A program made the position numbers and the translations under genes. Below the pieces are notes generated by a model, which did not search any database, was not told the origin of the DNA, and was given only the letters and a program-made list of their open reading frames with translations. DNA of 64,000 nt from Candidatus Omnitrophota bacterium (GTDB taxonomy: Bacteria > Omnitrophota > Gorgyraeia > B26-G9): contig JAZDHZ010000033.1 of assembly GCA_043805415.1 (NCBI GenBank), positions 25,600 to 89,599 of the forward strand, given 5' to 3'. How positions within the stretch are numbered: the stretch's first letter is position 1; the number at the start of each line of letters is the position of its first letter. Shown in pieces: positions 7,474 to 18,959 of this stretch.

Positions 7474-8772
7474 ATGAATATTGCCATTGTGGGAACAGGA
7501 TATGTTGGGCTGGTTTCAGGTACATGTTTCGCGGAACTGGGGAATACAGTTATTTGCGTTGATAATAACGCGAAAAAAATAGAAGATTTAAATAAGGGGA
7601 TTATTCCGATATATGAACCGGGTTTAGAAGAATTAGTGGCGAAAAACCGTAAGAAAAAGCGGCTTTTTTTCACTACGGATATGAAACAAGCTGTAGAAAA
7701 ATCAAAAGTAATTTTTATCGCTGTGGGAACTCCGCCGAAATTGGACGGGGACGCGGATTTAAAATATATTGAACAGGTTTCGCGTGATGTGGCGCGGTAT
7801 ATGAATAATTATAAGGTTGTGGTGGAAAAAAGCACGGTTCCGGTGGAAACCAATAAATGGGTTAAGTATATAATGCGCTTGAATAATCATAAAATTGATT
7901 TTGATGTCGCTTCTAATCCGGAATTTCTCAAAGAAGGCTCAGCCATTGAAGATTTTATGCGTCCGGATAGAATTGTCTTGGGAGTGGAAAGTGAAAAGGC
8001 AAGAAAACTTCTGGTTAAACTGTATGAACCGCTAAAAGCTCCGATTGTGGTTACCAATATCCAGAGCGCGGAAATCATTAAGCACGCTTCAAACTCATTT
8101 CTGGCGACAAAAATCTCATTTATTAATGCTGTGGCAAATATTTGCGAGCAGGTTGGGGCGGATATTGAAAAAGTCGCTGAAGGCATGGGCTTAGATAAAA
8201 GAATCGGCAAAAGCTTTTTAAAAGCCGGAATAGGGTATGGCGGCAGCTGTTTTCCTAAAGATGTGCAGGCGTTTATCCGGATTGCCCAAAATTTAGGCTG
8301 TAATTTTGATATTTTAAAAGAAGTGGAAAATGTTAATGAAAATCAAAGAAAAGTTGTTTTTAAAAAAATACAACAAGCCCTCTGGATTTTAAATGAAAAA
8401 AAGATTGGTGTGCTGGGTATTGCTTTTAAACCAAATACCGATGATCTGCGCAGCGCTCCGGCAATTGATATAATAAACATGCTGCAAGCTGAAGGCGCGC
8501 GGGTAAAGGCCTATGACCCAAAAGCAATGGAGCATGCCAGGGAATTATTGCCGAATGTTGATTTTTGTAAAAATGCTTATGACGCGGTAAAAGGCTGCGA
8601 TGCTTTGGTTATTGTCACGGAATGGCCGGAGTTTAAGGATTTAAGTCTTACAAAAATTAAAAAACTCCTAAAACATCCGATTGTAATTGACGCGAGAAAT
8701 ATGTTTGATCCGAAAAAGATGAAAAAACTGGGGTTTAAATATACGAGCGTTGGGCGACCAGAACAAGCATAA
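7474..8772 (+). CDS. ugd: UDP-glucose 6-dehydrogenase
   Basis: MNIAIVGTGYVGLVSGTCFAELG...GGSCFPKDV... The RBS AGGATAG precedes ATG 7474. The ORF track start at 7444 is probably too early. Confidence 0.9.
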   Translation: MNIAIVGTGYVGLVSGTCFAELGNTVICVDNNAKKIEDLNKGIIPIYEPGLEELVAKNRKKKRLFFTTDMKQAVEKSKVIFIAVGTPPKLDGDADLKYIEQVSRDVARYMNNYKVVVEKSTVPVETNKWVKYIMRLNNHKIDFDVASNPEFLKEGSAIEDFMRPDRIVLGVESEKARKLLVKLYEPLKAPIVVTNIQSAEIIKHASNSFLATKISFINAVANICEQVGADIEKVAEGMGLDKRIGKSFLKAGIGYGGSCFPKDVQAFIRIAQNLGCNFDILKEVENVNENQRKVVFKKIQQALWILNEKKIGVLGIAFKPNTDDLRSAPAIDIINMLQAEGARVKAYDPKAMEHARELLPNVDFCKNAYDAVKGCDALVIVTEWPEFKDLSLTKIKKLLKHPIVIDARNMFDPKKMKKLGFKYTSVGRPEQA

Positions 8773-8813
8773 CTTTAAAAGATTAAAGCATATAATAAAA
8801 ATAGGTAATTAAC

Positions 8814-9590
8814 ATGTTTCTTTTTAAAAAAATACTAGCTCCTTTTTTATTTCCTGTGCCATTGACTGTTTTGTGTCTTACCGCGGGCATATTATTACTA
8901 TGGTTTTCAAAAAAGCAGAAAGCAGGGAAGATTCTTATAACAGTTGGGATAATATTGCTTGTTCTGAGCAGTTTTAAAGTCACAGCAGAGGCAATGCTTA
9001 GACCAATCGAATATAAGCAGGCTGCTTTTTTAAGCGGAACTAAATATAATAAAAATCAAAGCAAGCCAGCTTTTGTAGTTGTTCTTGGGGGAGGGCATAT
9101 TTCCAATAATGAACTACCGCTGTTAAGTCAAATTGGAAGCGCGTCTTTAGCGCGCTTAATCGAAGGCATCCGCATCCAACGTGAAATTAAAGGCAGCAAA
9201 TTATTGCTTTCAGGCGGTAAAGTATTTGATCCGATTTCTAATGCGGAAATTATGACTGAAATTGCTAAAGCAATCGGTGTGAAGAAAGAAGATATTATTG
9301 TCGAAGATAGTTCCTTAGATACAAAAGATCAGGCAAGGCTCATAAAAGCAATAGTTGGGGATAAAATGTTTGTTTTAGTTACCTCAGCTTCTCATATGCC
9401 AAGGTCAATGGCTTTGTTTAAAAAAGCAGGGATGCATCCTATCCCAGCTTCAACCGGGCATTTGGTTGTTAAGCCTAATGTATTAAGTCCAGGTGTGTTT
9501 TTCCCATCAGCAGGTAATATTGAAAAAACTGAAATAGCGGTTTATGAAACACTCGGACTTATCTGGGCAAAATTAAGAGGACAGATATAG
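8814..9590 (+). CDS. DUF218 (ElyC/YdcF/SanA family) envelope-biogenesis protein
   Basis: N-terminal TM segment, then VVVLGGGHISN...LLLSGGKVFD...VTSASHMPRS, typical of the DUF218 fold. Confidence 0.6.
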   Translation: MFLFKKILAPFLFPVPLTVLCLTAGILLLWFSKKQKAGKILITVGIILLVLSSFKVTAEAMLRPIEYKQAAFLSGTKYNKNQSKPAFVVVLGGGHISNNELPLLSQIGSASLARLIEGIRIQREIKGSKLLLSGGKVFDPISNAEIMTEIAKAIGVKKEDIIVEDSSLDTKDQARLIKAIVGDKMFVLVTSASHMPRSMALFKKAGMHPIPASTGHLVVKPNVLSPGVFFPSAGNIEKTEIAVYETLGLIWAKLRGQI

Positions 9591-9631
9591 ATTTTAAATT
9601 TATTTAATTAAAAAAAATTAGGGGAACTAAT

Positions 9632-10642
9632 ATGAATCAAAATAGCCAGGATTACGAAGATGGGGAGATTGATCTAATCCAGTACATCAGAATTATTTTT
9701 AAGCATAAAAATACTTTTCTTGTAATATTCTTGCTAACTCTTGCTTTTGGCTTGACTAAAAGTATGCTTTCTCCAAAGATATACAGAAGTTCAATGTTGA
9801 TACAACCGCCGGCTGTTGGGATGTCTTTGACTGGGGCTAATGATATTGATTCCGCGGAAAACTTAAAAGCATTGATTGTAAATAAGGCTTTTAATGAAGA
9901 AGTTTACAAAAGATTGAAATTATATCCCATAAAGGATGCAGTTGAATTCAAGGTTGACATCCCGAAGAAAACTAATATTTTACAAGTTAGCATTGATTTG
10001 GAACGTAAGAATAAGGAATCGGGTATGGTTTTGTTACAAAATTTGAATGCTGTAATCGCTGAGAGCTATGCTAAGCGTATCGAGGCTGAATATGCTGATA
10101 TTGCTAGTCAGACAGAATTCAAAAAGCGTGCGATAATAAACACTGAAAATAAGGCAAAAAATTTTCAAGAACAGATAAAGGAAATAATAGCCAGAAAAAA
10201 TAAGCTAAATGAGGAGATGAAATCTGTAAACGCGAACGCATCGCAGACATTAGAGAAGCTTAAAAAATTACCAACAGGTGATAAATCTTCAGAAAGCGCA
10301 TCAATGTTGTTGCTTTCAAACTATCTTCAGAATAATGCTAACTATCTAAACCAGTTAAATAAAGAATTAAGCGCATTAACCATTCGATTGCATCGACTGA
10401 ATATGAAACTGCAAATCACTACTTCTCAAATAAGTGATTCGCGATTGGAGATAGATAACCTTAATATAAAAAATAATTTCATTTCAAATTTAAAAACTAT
10501 TGCCCAGCCGAGAGTTTCAGAAAAACCCATAAACTCTATTGGAAAGCAAACTGTAGTGACATTAATAGCGCTGGGTCTATTTTTAGGATTAATCGCGGTA
10601 TTTTTACAGGAATTCTGGCTGAATAATATGGTGAAAAAATGA
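9632..10642 (+). CDS. wzz: Wzz-like polysaccharide co-polymerase (chain-length determinant)
   Basis: N-terminal TM ([13 protein letters not shown]), a long coiled-coil periplasmic region and a C-terminal TM ([18 protein letters not shown]). Confidence 0.65.
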   Translation: MNQNSQDYEDGEIDLIQYIRIIFKHKNTFLVIFLLTLAFGLTKSMLSPKIYRSSMLIQPPAVGMSLTGANDIDSAENLKALIVNKAFNEEVYKRLKLYPIKDAVEFKVDIPKKTNILQVSIDLERKNKESGMVLLQNLNAVIAESYAKRIEAEYADIASQTEFKKRAIINTENKAKNFQEQIKEIIARKNKLNEEMKSVNANASQTLEKLKKLPTGDKSSESASMLLLSNYLQNNANYLNQLNKELSALTIRLHRLNMKLQITTSQISDSRLEIDNLNIKNNFISNLKTIAQPRVSEKPINSIGKQTVVTLIALGLFLGLIAVFLQEFWLNNMVKK

Positions 10643-11685
10643 TTAAGAAAGCGCTTATAACAGGGATAACTGGGCAAGATGGTTCATATTTAGCGGAACT
10701 GCTTTTATCTAAAGGCTATGAAGTACATGGAATAATCCGTCGCGCAAGCACATTTAATACCAGCAGAATAGATCATATTTATGTTGATCCGCATTCTAAA
10801 AACCCCAGATTATTGTTGCATTATGGCGATATTTCCGACGCGGAACAAATCAATAATATTATTTTTAATGTAAAACCGGATGAAGTATATCATTTGGCTG
10901 CCCAAAGCCATGTGCGGGTGAGTTTTGATATCCCTGAATACACAGGAAATATTACGGCTTTAGGCACAACACGCATATTGGAAGCAATACGCCGCAGCGG
11001 CAGGAAAATTAAGTTTTATCAGGCTTCCAGCAGCGAAATGTTTGGCGCAGCGATTCCTCCACAATCAGAAACTACTCAGTTTCAGCCGCAAAGCCCTTAT
11101 GCTTGCGCTAAGCTTTATTCATACTGGATGACAAAAAACTATCGTGAAGGATACAAGATGTTTGCCTGTAATGGGATACTTTTTAATCATGAGAGTCCTC
11201 GTAGAGGGGAGACTTTTGTCAGCAGAAAGATTACCAGAGCAGTGGTTAATATCCTAGCTGGTAAGCAGGATAAACTTTATCTGGGGAATCTAGAAGCTAA
11301 GAGGGACTGGGGTTATGCTCCAGAATATGCAGAAATGATGTGGCAAATCCTCCAGCAAAATAAGCCGGATGATTATGTTACCGGTACAGGACAATCTAAT
11401 TCAGTAAGGGAATTAGTTGAGGCAGCTTTTAGTTATGTGGGGTTAAAGTGGAAGAAATATGTAGAAATTGATCCTCGGTATTTCCGGCCTACAGAGGTAA
11501 ACAGTCTTATTGCTGATATTAAGAAAGTAAAGAAGGTATTTAACTGGCAGCCAAAGATAAAATTCAATGATTTAGTAAAGATAATGATTGATGCTGATAT
11601 GAGAGCTTGCGGTTTAGAGCCAATAGGCGAAGGTGATAAAATACTTAAGAAAAAATTTCCCCACAAATGGTGGAAGGTAGACTGA
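10639..11685 (+). CDS. gmd: GDP-mannose 4,6-dehydratase
   Basis: [35 protein letters not shown] is near-identical in pattern to the Gmd N-terminus. Length 348 aa. Confidence 0.92.
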   Translation: MIKKALITGITGQDGSYLAELLLSKGYEVHGIIRRASTFNTSRIDHIYVDPHSKNPRLLLHYGDISDAEQINNIIFNVKPDEVYHLAAQSHVRVSFDIPEYTGNITALGTTRILEAIRRSGRKIKFYQASSSEMFGAAIPPQSETTQFQPQSPYACAKLYSYWMTKNYREGYKMFACNGILFNHESPRRGETFVSRKITRAVVNILAGKQDKLYLGNLEAKRDWGYAPEYAEMMWQILQQNKPDDYVTGTGQSNSVRELVEAAFSYVGLKWKKYVEIDPRYFRPTEVNSLIADIKKVKKVFNWQPKIKFNDLVKIMIDADMRACGLEPIGEGDKILKKKFPHKWWKVD

Positions 11686-11719
11686 GATACAAAGCGCTAT
11701 GCTAACACAAAGGATTTAA

Positions 11720-12655
<936 letters not shown>

Positions 12656-12673
12656 TAATTTAAAGGAGCGGTT

Positions 12674-13447
12674 ATGAAAGTAGTGATTTTATGCGGAGGA
12701 ATGGGGACGCGCTTAAGCGAAGAGACAAGTACAATTCCAAAGCCGATGATTGAAATCGGAGGCAAACCAATACTCTGGCATATTATGAAAATATTTTCTC
12801 ACTATGGATTTAATGATTTTATTATTTGCTTAGGATATCGAGGTTATTTAATCAAAGAATATTTCTCACATTATTTGCTGCATATGAGTGATGTGACAAT
12901 TGATATGGTGGATAATAAGATGGATATACATAGTACTACTTCTGAACCATGGAAAGTTACTTTGGTTGATACAGGCATTAATACGATGACCGGAGGACGT
13001 ATTAAAAAAATCCAGAAATATATTGGAAAAGAACCGTTTATGTTGACATATGGGGATGGAGTGGCGGATATTGATATTAATAAATTAATCAAAACGCATA
13101 AGAGGAATAAGAAGCTGGCGACATTAACCGGAGTTTTGACTGCCGGAAGATTTGGAATTTTGGATATTCAAAAAGATTCGGTTAAGTCTTTTATGGAAAA
13201 ACCAAAGGGCGAAGGTAATCGAATTAATGCTGGTTTTTTCGTTTTGGAACCTGAAATATTTAAGTATCTTAAAAAAGGGGACGCGACAATATGGGAGAGA
13301 GACCCATTGCGTAAATTAGCTGCAGATGGCAAACTCGCGGTTTATAAACATAATGGTTTTTGGAAGTGTATGGATACATTGAGAGATAAAATAGATTTAG
13401 AAAATATGATTGAGTCTGAATATGCTCCTTGGCAGATATGGAAATAG
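12674..13447 (+). CDS. rfbF: Glucose-1-phosphate cytidylyltransferase
   Basis: MKVVILCGGMGTRLSEETSTIPKPMIEIGGKPILWHIMKIFSHYG...GGRIKK...GFWKCMDTLRDK is nearly colinear with Salmonella RfbF/DdhA. Confidence 0.92.
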   Translation: MKVVILCGGMGTRLSEETSTIPKPMIEIGGKPILWHIMKIFSHYGFNDFIICLGYRGYLIKEYFSHYLLHMSDVTIDMVDNKMDIHSTTSEPWKVTLVDTGINTMTGGRIKKIQKYIGKEPFMLTYGDGVADIDINKLIKTHKRNKKLATLTGVLTAGRFGILDIQKDSVKSFMEKPKGEGNRINAGFFVLEPEIFKYLKKGDATIWERDPLRKLAADGKLAVYKHNGFWKCMDTLRDKIDLENMIESEYAPWQIWK

Positions 13448-13460
13448 GGAAGAACTTATT

Positions 13461-14432
13461 ATGAATAAAAAATTTTGGAAAAATAAAAGAGTATTAATAA
13501 CCGGACATGTTGGATTTTTAGGTTCCTGGTTAACTAATACACTGCTTAATCTGGGAGCTGAAATAATTGGGGTTGATATCCTTAAAACTCGTAATGGGTC
13601 TGTTTTAGCTGCTCAAAGTAAGAATCTTAAGGGAATCAAAGCAGATGTCGCGAATTTAAAATCTCTGACAAAGATAGTTTCTAATTATAATCCGCAGATC
13701 ATTTTTCACTTAGCAGCTGAAGCAATAGTATATAAAGCGAATAAAGACCCGGTAAGAGCATTTAAGTCAAACATTGAAGGTACCTGGAATATCCTAGAAA
13801 TCGCGCGAAAAAGAAAGTCAATTAAAGCTATTGTAATGGCATCAAGTGATAAGGCATATGGCAGTCATGAGGTTTTGCCTTATACGGAAGATGCAGCTTT
13901 AAAAGGTGATCATCCTTATGATGTGTCTAAAAGTTGTGCGGATCTTATTGGCTATACCTATGCTCATACTTATTCGGTACCTGTAGCCACAACTCGTTGT
14001 GGAAATATCTATGGCCCTGGAGACAATAATTTTTCCCGCATAGTCCCGGATGCGATTAGATGTGCGTTGGCTAATAAAAAACTTCTTATCCGCAGTGATG
14101 GAAAATTTACCAGGGATTATGTTTTTGTCGATGACATTGTTAATGGGTATATCCTTGTTGCGGAAAAGTTATCTAGTTTAAAGTTAGGAGGAGAGGCATT
14201 TAATTTTAGCGATGAAAACCCTATAACTGTATTAAAGTTAGTTGATAAAATATATGAACTTGCCGGGAAAAAACCTGATTATATAATACAGAATAAAGCC
14301 AAATATGAAATTAAACATCAATATTTGGATTCCCAAAAGGCCAGAAAAGTGTTGTGCTGGAAAGCAAACTATTCACTGGAACAAGGGTTGAGGCAGACTA
14401 TTGATTGGTATAGTGAATTTTTGAATAAATAA
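13461..14432 (+). CDS. rfbG: CDP-glucose 4,6-dehydratase
   Basis: MNKKFWKNKRVLITGHVGFLGSWL..., the RfbG/DdhB pattern. The RBS AGGGAAG precedes ATG 13461. Confidence 0.88.
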   Translation: MNKKFWKNKRVLITGHVGFLGSWLTNTLLNLGAEIIGVDILKTRNGSVLAAQSKNLKGIKADVANLKSLTKIVSNYNPQIIFHLAAEAIVYKANKDPVRAFKSNIEGTWNILEIARKRKSIKAIVMASSDKAYGSHEVLPYTEDAALKGDHPYDVSKSCADLIGYTYAHTYSVPVATTRCGNIYGPGDNNFSRIVPDAIRCALANKKLLIRSDGKFTRDYVFVDDIVNGYILVAEKLSSLKLGGEAFNFSDENPITVLKLVDKIYELAGKKPDYIIQNKAKYEIKHQYLDSQKARKVLCWKANYSLEQGLRQTIDWYSEFLNK

Positions 14433-14444
14433 AACTTAGAGGAT

Positions 14445-15329
14445 TTGATGAGGAAAATCAAGGTAGGCATTATTGGGACAGGCAATATTGGTAGCGATTT
14501 GCTGATGAAAATAATGCGGTCAAATATTTTAGAATGTGGGATGTTTACTGGCAGAAATCCAGGATCTGAAGGTGTAAAAAGAGCAAAGAGTTTAGGAGTC
14601 AGGGTATCATCCGATTCTGTAAAGGCTATAGAAGATGATCCTGATTGCTGTGAGATTGTATTTGATGCTACTTCAGCAAAAGTACATTTGCATAATGCGC
14701 TTATTCTTGAGAAGTTGGGAAAATATACCATTGATCTAACCCCTTCACAGGTAGGGAAAATGTGTGTGCCTGTAATTAATATGGCAGAATGCCTGGATGT
14801 CAAAAATGTTAATCTCATAACTTGCGGCGGGCAAAGTGTAATACCGATAGCATATGCGATTATGAAGGTGCATCCTGAAACAGAATATATAGAGATTGTT
14901 GCTAGCATATCTTCTAAATCCGCCGGCCCAGGGACAAGAGCTAATATTGATGAGTTTACACAAACCACTCGTGATTCTATATTGTCATTTACCGGGGTGC
15001 CAAAGGCAAAAGCGATTATAGTATTAAATCCCGCTGAGCCGCCAGTTTTAATGCATAATACTATCTATGCGACTATAAAAGAACCTAAGATAGACCAGCT
15101 AAATTTTGAGATTAAAGCAATGGTTAAAAAAATTCAACAGTATGTTCCGGGATACAGATTAAAGCTTGGTCCGTTAGTAGAGAATAACCGAGTTGCTACA
15201 ATGATAGAAGTCGTGGGATTGGGAGATTATTTACCGGAATATTCTGGTAATCTGGATATTATTACCTGTGCAGCGGTAAAGATTGCTGAAGAATATGCAA
15301 AAAGCCGTCTAATAAAACAAAAGAAATAA
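14445..15329 (+). CDS. dmpF: Acetaldehyde dehydrogenase (acetylating), DmpF/MhpF-type
   Basis: KVGIIGTGNIGSDLLMK...DATSA..H...CGGQSVIP...VASISSKSAGPGTRANIDEFT. The last stretch is identical to a DmpF signature. Confidence 0.9.
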   Translation: MMRKIKVGIIGTGNIGSDLLMKIMRSNILECGMFTGRNPGSEGVKRAKSLGVRVSSDSVKAIEDDPDCCEIVFDATSAKVHLHNALILEKLGKYTIDLTPSQVGKMCVPVINMAECLDVKNVNLITCGGQSVIPIAYAIMKVHPETEYIEIVASISSKSAGPGTRANIDEFTQTTRDSILSFTGVPKAKAIIVLNPAEPPVLMHNTIYATIKEPKIDQLNFEIKAMVKKIQQYVPGYRLKLGPLVENNRVATMIEVVGLGDYLPEYSGNLDIITCAAVKIAEEYAKSRLIKQKK

Positions 15330-15334
15330 AAATT

Positions 15335-16372
15335 ATGAATAAGATATTATTTTTTGATTCAACTCTTCGCGATGGTTCTCACGCAGTAGCGCATCAACTT
15401 ACTGGTGAAAACATTAAAAACTATTGCAATGAAATAGACAGCGCTGGAACATATACGGCGATTGTCGGTCACGGAAATGGACTAGGAGCTTCGTCTTTAC
15501 AGGTCGGGTTGTCTGCTTTAACCGACCGTGAAATGTTGTCTATAGCGCGGAATCAAATTAAAAAAACTCGGTTGGGAGTTTTCCTGATTCCGGGGTTTGG
15601 GACGATTAAGGATGATCTGGCTCCAGCACTTAAAATTGGTGTTGATCTTGTTTGTGTGGCTTCACATTGTACGGAAGCGGATGTAACAAGGCAACATATT
15701 GAATATGTTCGGAGCAAAGGTAAGGAAGCCTTCGGAGTCTTGATGATGCAGCACATGACGACAAAAGAGCGCTTACTTGAAGAAGCTTTAAAAATGCAGG
15801 AATACGGGGCTTTAGGAGTAATTTTAATGGATTCAGCAGGAGCCTCTATGCCAAATTCAGTTACGGAGAATGTCGAGACCTTGGTCAGAGGAATGAATAT
15901 TAAAGTAGGTTTTCATGCTCATAACAATCTGGGGATGGCTATTGCGAATTCTTTTGCGGCGATAAAAGCCGGAGCAACAATTATTGATGGTACTTTGCGT
16001 GGTTTTGGGGCTGGCGCGGGAAATTGTCAGTTGGAAGTTCTTGCGGGTTGTTTACATAAAGCAGGTATTGAAACGGGACTTGACTTATATAAATTGATGG
16101 ATGTTAGTGAGAATATTGTTGCTGGAATGATGAAAAGACCTCAGGAAATTAGTTCCTTAGGTTTAATTAGCGGTTTAGCTGGGGTTTTTTCCGGGTTTTC
16201 GACAAAGGTTAAAATTGCCGCAGAAAGATTTGGAGTTGATCCACGGGATATATTTATGGAGTTGGGTAAACGCAAAGTTGTTGGAGGACAGGAAGATTTT
16301 ATAACTGATGTTGCTATGGAACTTGCGGAACAAAAGAACGAAAAAGCTAAAAACCAGGATTTGTCTTTTTAA
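15335..16372 (+). CDS. dmpG: 4-hydroxy-2-oxovalerate aldolase, DmpG/MhpE-type (HMGL-like TIM barrel)
   Basis: FFDSTLRDGSHAVAHQ... Length 345 aa equals DmpG, and it sits immediately downstream of dmpF as in meta-cleavage operons. Confidence 0.88.
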   Translation: MNKILFFDSTLRDGSHAVAHQLTGENIKNYCNEIDSAGTYTAIVGHGNGLGASSLQVGLSALTDREMLSIARNQIKKTRLGVFLIPGFGTIKDDLAPALKIGVDLVCVASHCTEADVTRQHIEYVRSKGKEAFGVLMMQHMTTKERLLEEALKMQEYGALGVILMDSAGASMPNSVTENVETLVRGMNIKVGFHAHNNLGMAIANSFAAIKAGATIIDGTLRGFGAGAGNCQLEVLAGCLHKAGIETGLDLYKLMDVSENIVAGMMKRPQEISSLGLISGLAGVFSGFSTKVKIAAERFGVDPRDIFMELGKRKVVGGQEDFITDVAMELAEQKNEKAKNQDLSF

Positions 16373-16393
16373 AATATTCACTGGAGGATTAAA

Positions 16394-17140
16394 ATGATCA
16401 AAGAACAAATGCGAAATGGAAAATTTGTTTTGGGAACTTGGTGTGAGTTACCGAGCCCGGCAGCGATCAATGTTATGGCTAAGGCGGGACTTGATTTTGT
16501 GATCATTGATATGGAACACAGTGTTATGGACTTTAAGACAGCGCAGGAAATGGTATTAGCCGCGGAAGCTGATGGTTGTGATGCGATTATTAGGGTGTGT
16601 CGTAATGATGAATCGGATATTTTAAGAGCATTGGATACTGGTGCGGCTGGGATTATTGTTCCGCATATAGAAAATGTTGAAGACAGGGAGAAGGTTGTTA
16701 GGTACAGTAAGTTTGCCCCTAAAGGTGATAGAGGGTTTAACCCATATATACGTGCCGGAGGCTATAATAGTGTAGGAGCAGATTATTTTCAATTACAGAA
16801 TGAGAAAGTTTTGGTATGTATAATAGTTGAAGGTAAAGAGGCAATGGCCAATCTTGACGAAATTATTTGTGATTCTGATATAGATGTTGTATATATCGGT
16901 ACATATGATTTATCGGTTGCTTTTGGCGTTCCAGGTGATGTGAAGAATAAAAAAGTTACCAATGCGTTAGTGAATTGCGTAGAGAAAATCATTAAGGCTG
17001 GAAAAAGTGCTGGGTGCATGGTTCATAATGCAGATGATCTTAGGTGGTTTAAACAGATAGGAATTCAGTTTATTGCGTACAAGGCTGATACGGCAATAAT
17101 ATTTGATGCCTTTAGCAGTATGAAAAAGGAGATAAGTTAG
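16394..17140 (+). CDS. HpcH/HpaI-family class II pyruvate aldolase (2-keto-3-deoxy-acid aldolase)
   Basis: LGTWCELPSP...DFVIIDMEHS...GIIVPHIEN...GDRGFNP are HpcH/HpaI/YfaU family hallmarks. Confidence 0.8.
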   Translation: MIKEQMRNGKFVLGTWCELPSPAAINVMAKAGLDFVIIDMEHSVMDFKTAQEMVLAAEADGCDAIIRVCRNDESDILRALDTGAAGIIVPHIENVEDREKVVRYSKFAPKGDRGFNPYIRAGGYNSVGADYFQLQNEKVLVCIIVEGKEAMANLDEIICDSDIDVVYIGTYDLSVAFGVPGDVKNKKVTNALVNCVEKIIKAGKSAGCMVHNADDLRWFKQIGIQFIAYKADTAIIFDAFSSMKKEIS

Positions 17141-18951
17141 TGATAAAATTATCAGATTATATTGTTAAGTTTCTTGAGAAAAATTCAGTAAACCGTATTT
17201 TTATGCTTACTGGCGGCGGTTGTATGCATTTGGTTAATTCTATAGGTAACTCTAAAAAAATTAAATATATTTGTTGTCATCATGAGCAGTCTTGTGCTAT
17301 GGCTGCAGAGGCATTTGCTAAATTCAAAAATGATCTGGGGGTGGTGGTGGTTACCAGCGGGCCAGGAGGGACGAATACTATTACTGGCGTAGCTGGTGCT
17401 TATCAGGATTCTGTACCCTGCATTTTTATTTCTGGACAGTCTAAGCGGCAACAAACAGTTAGGAATTCAAAAATTAAATTAAGACAGTTTGGGGTGCAGG
17501 AAGTCGATATAATTCCAATAGTTGAATCGATAACAAAATATGCGGTTATGGTAAATGAATCTAAAAAAGTAAAATATCATCTTGAAAAGGCTTTGTATTT
17601 GGCAAAATCAGGAAGACCTGGGCCAGTATGGCTAGATATTCCTTTGGATGTGCAGAGCTCTCTTATAGACGAAAATGAACTAATTAGCTTTGATCCCAGT
17701 GAGCTTGAAGAAGATTTTAAAATAGAGCCATTAGCAGATGAAGTTTCCAGGATGGTAAATTATTTAAAGACAGCACAGCGTCCGGTAATTATTGCTGGGC
17801 GCGGAATAAGAATAGCAGGCGCAGTAAAAGAACTGGTTAGTTTTGCTAGAAAATATAAAATTCCGGTTGTTACCCCGATTATGGGTATAGATGTCATCTC
17901 GAGCGATGATAAAAACTATATTGGCCGAGTGGGAACAAAAGGGACCCGCGCAGGAAATTTTGCTATGCAAAATGCCGATTTAATATTGAGTATCGGTAGC
18001 CGTTTAAGCGTATCGGTGGTGGGACACGAATATAAATTATTTGCCCGCGAAGCAAAGGTTGTGGTGGTTGATATTGATACCGTAGAACATAGAAAGAAAA
18101 CTATAAACATTTTCGATTTCATCAATTCTGACGCGAAAAAATTTTTGGAAAAACTTGCGAGCGCATTGAAAAATGAAAAACTTGTATTTTCAGATAATTG
18201 GCTAAGGAAATGCAATGAGTGGAAACATAAATATCCAGTGTGCTTGCCGGAGTATAAGAAAACCAAGAAAAATATTAATTTTTATAATTTTATGGATAAG
18301 CTGAATAAAAAGCTAACTGCGGATATCCCCGTAATATCAGATGCCGGGTCAGCTTTCTATGTGGTGTCCCAAGCTATTCATATAAAAAGTGGACAGAGGT
18401 ATATCACATCCGGGGCTTTGGCAACAATGGGATTCGGTCTGCCGGCAGCTATTGGAGTAGCCGCGGCTCTAAAAAAAGATACCCCGGTGGTAACTATAAC
18501 CGGCGAGGGGTCATTTCAGCTGAATATCCAAGAGTTGCAGACAATTGTTCACAATAAGTTTCCAATAAAAATTTTTGTGATAAATAATAAAGGATATTTA
18601 TCGATACGTCAGACTCAGAAGAGGTTTTTTAACGGAAATCTTGTTGGTGAAGGACAGACATCAGGTTTATCTTTTCCTGATACAAAAAAAATTGCCGCGG
18701 CTTACAATGTTAAGTTTGTAAAAGTGGAAAATAATGAAAAACTCGTAAAAGCCTTAGATGAGGTGTTTGCTCATGAAGGGCCTGTTTTATGTGAGATTTG
18801 CGCTTTGGAAGACCAGTTGATCATTCCGACAAATAGCGCGGCGATTAGGGCTGACGGGTCAATGGTTTCAAAACCATTGGAAGATATGTTCCCTTTTTTA
18901 GATCGCAAGGAGTTCTTGGCTAATATGATTGTTACTCCCTGTGAGGAATAG
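17140..18951 (+). CDS. ThDP-dependent acetolactate-synthase-like enzyme, YerE-like branched-chain sugar synthase candidate
   Basis: Three-domain AHAS-like architecture, 603 aa (N-terminal GGGCMHLV, central domain, C-terminal ThDP-binding GEGSFQLNIQEL). It sits between the rfbFG and rfbH homologues, as YerE does in the yersiniose pathway. Confidence 0.75.
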   Translation: MIKLSDYIVKFLEKNSVNRIFMLTGGGCMHLVNSIGNSKKIKYICCHHEQSCAMAAEAFAKFKNDLGVVVVTSGPGGTNTITGVAGAYQDSVPCIFISGQSKRQQTVRNSKIKLRQFGVQEVDIIPIVESITKYAVMVNESKKVKYHLEKALYLAKSGRPGPVWLDIPLDVQSSLIDENELISFDPSELEEDFKIEPLADEVSRMVNYLKTAQRPVIIAGRGIRIAGAVKELVSFARKYKIPVVTPIMGIDVISSDDKNYIGRVGTKGTRAGNFAMQNADLILSIGSRLSVSVVGHEYKLFAREAKVVVVDIDTVEHRKKTINIFDFINSDAKKFLEKLASALKNEKLVFSDNWLRKCNEWKHKYPVCLPEYKKTKKNINFYNFMDKLNKKLTADIPVISDAGSAFYVVSQAIHIKSGQRYITSGALATMGFGLPAAIGVAAALKKDTPVVTITGEGSFQLNIQELQTIVHNKFPIKIFVINNKGYLSIRQTQKRFFNGNLVGEGQTSGLSFPDTKKIAAAYNVKFVKVENNEKLVKALDEVFAHEGPVLCEICALEDQLIIPTNSAAIRADGSMVSKPLEDMFPFLDRKEFLANMIVTPCEE

Positions 18952-18959
18952 GTGAAGAT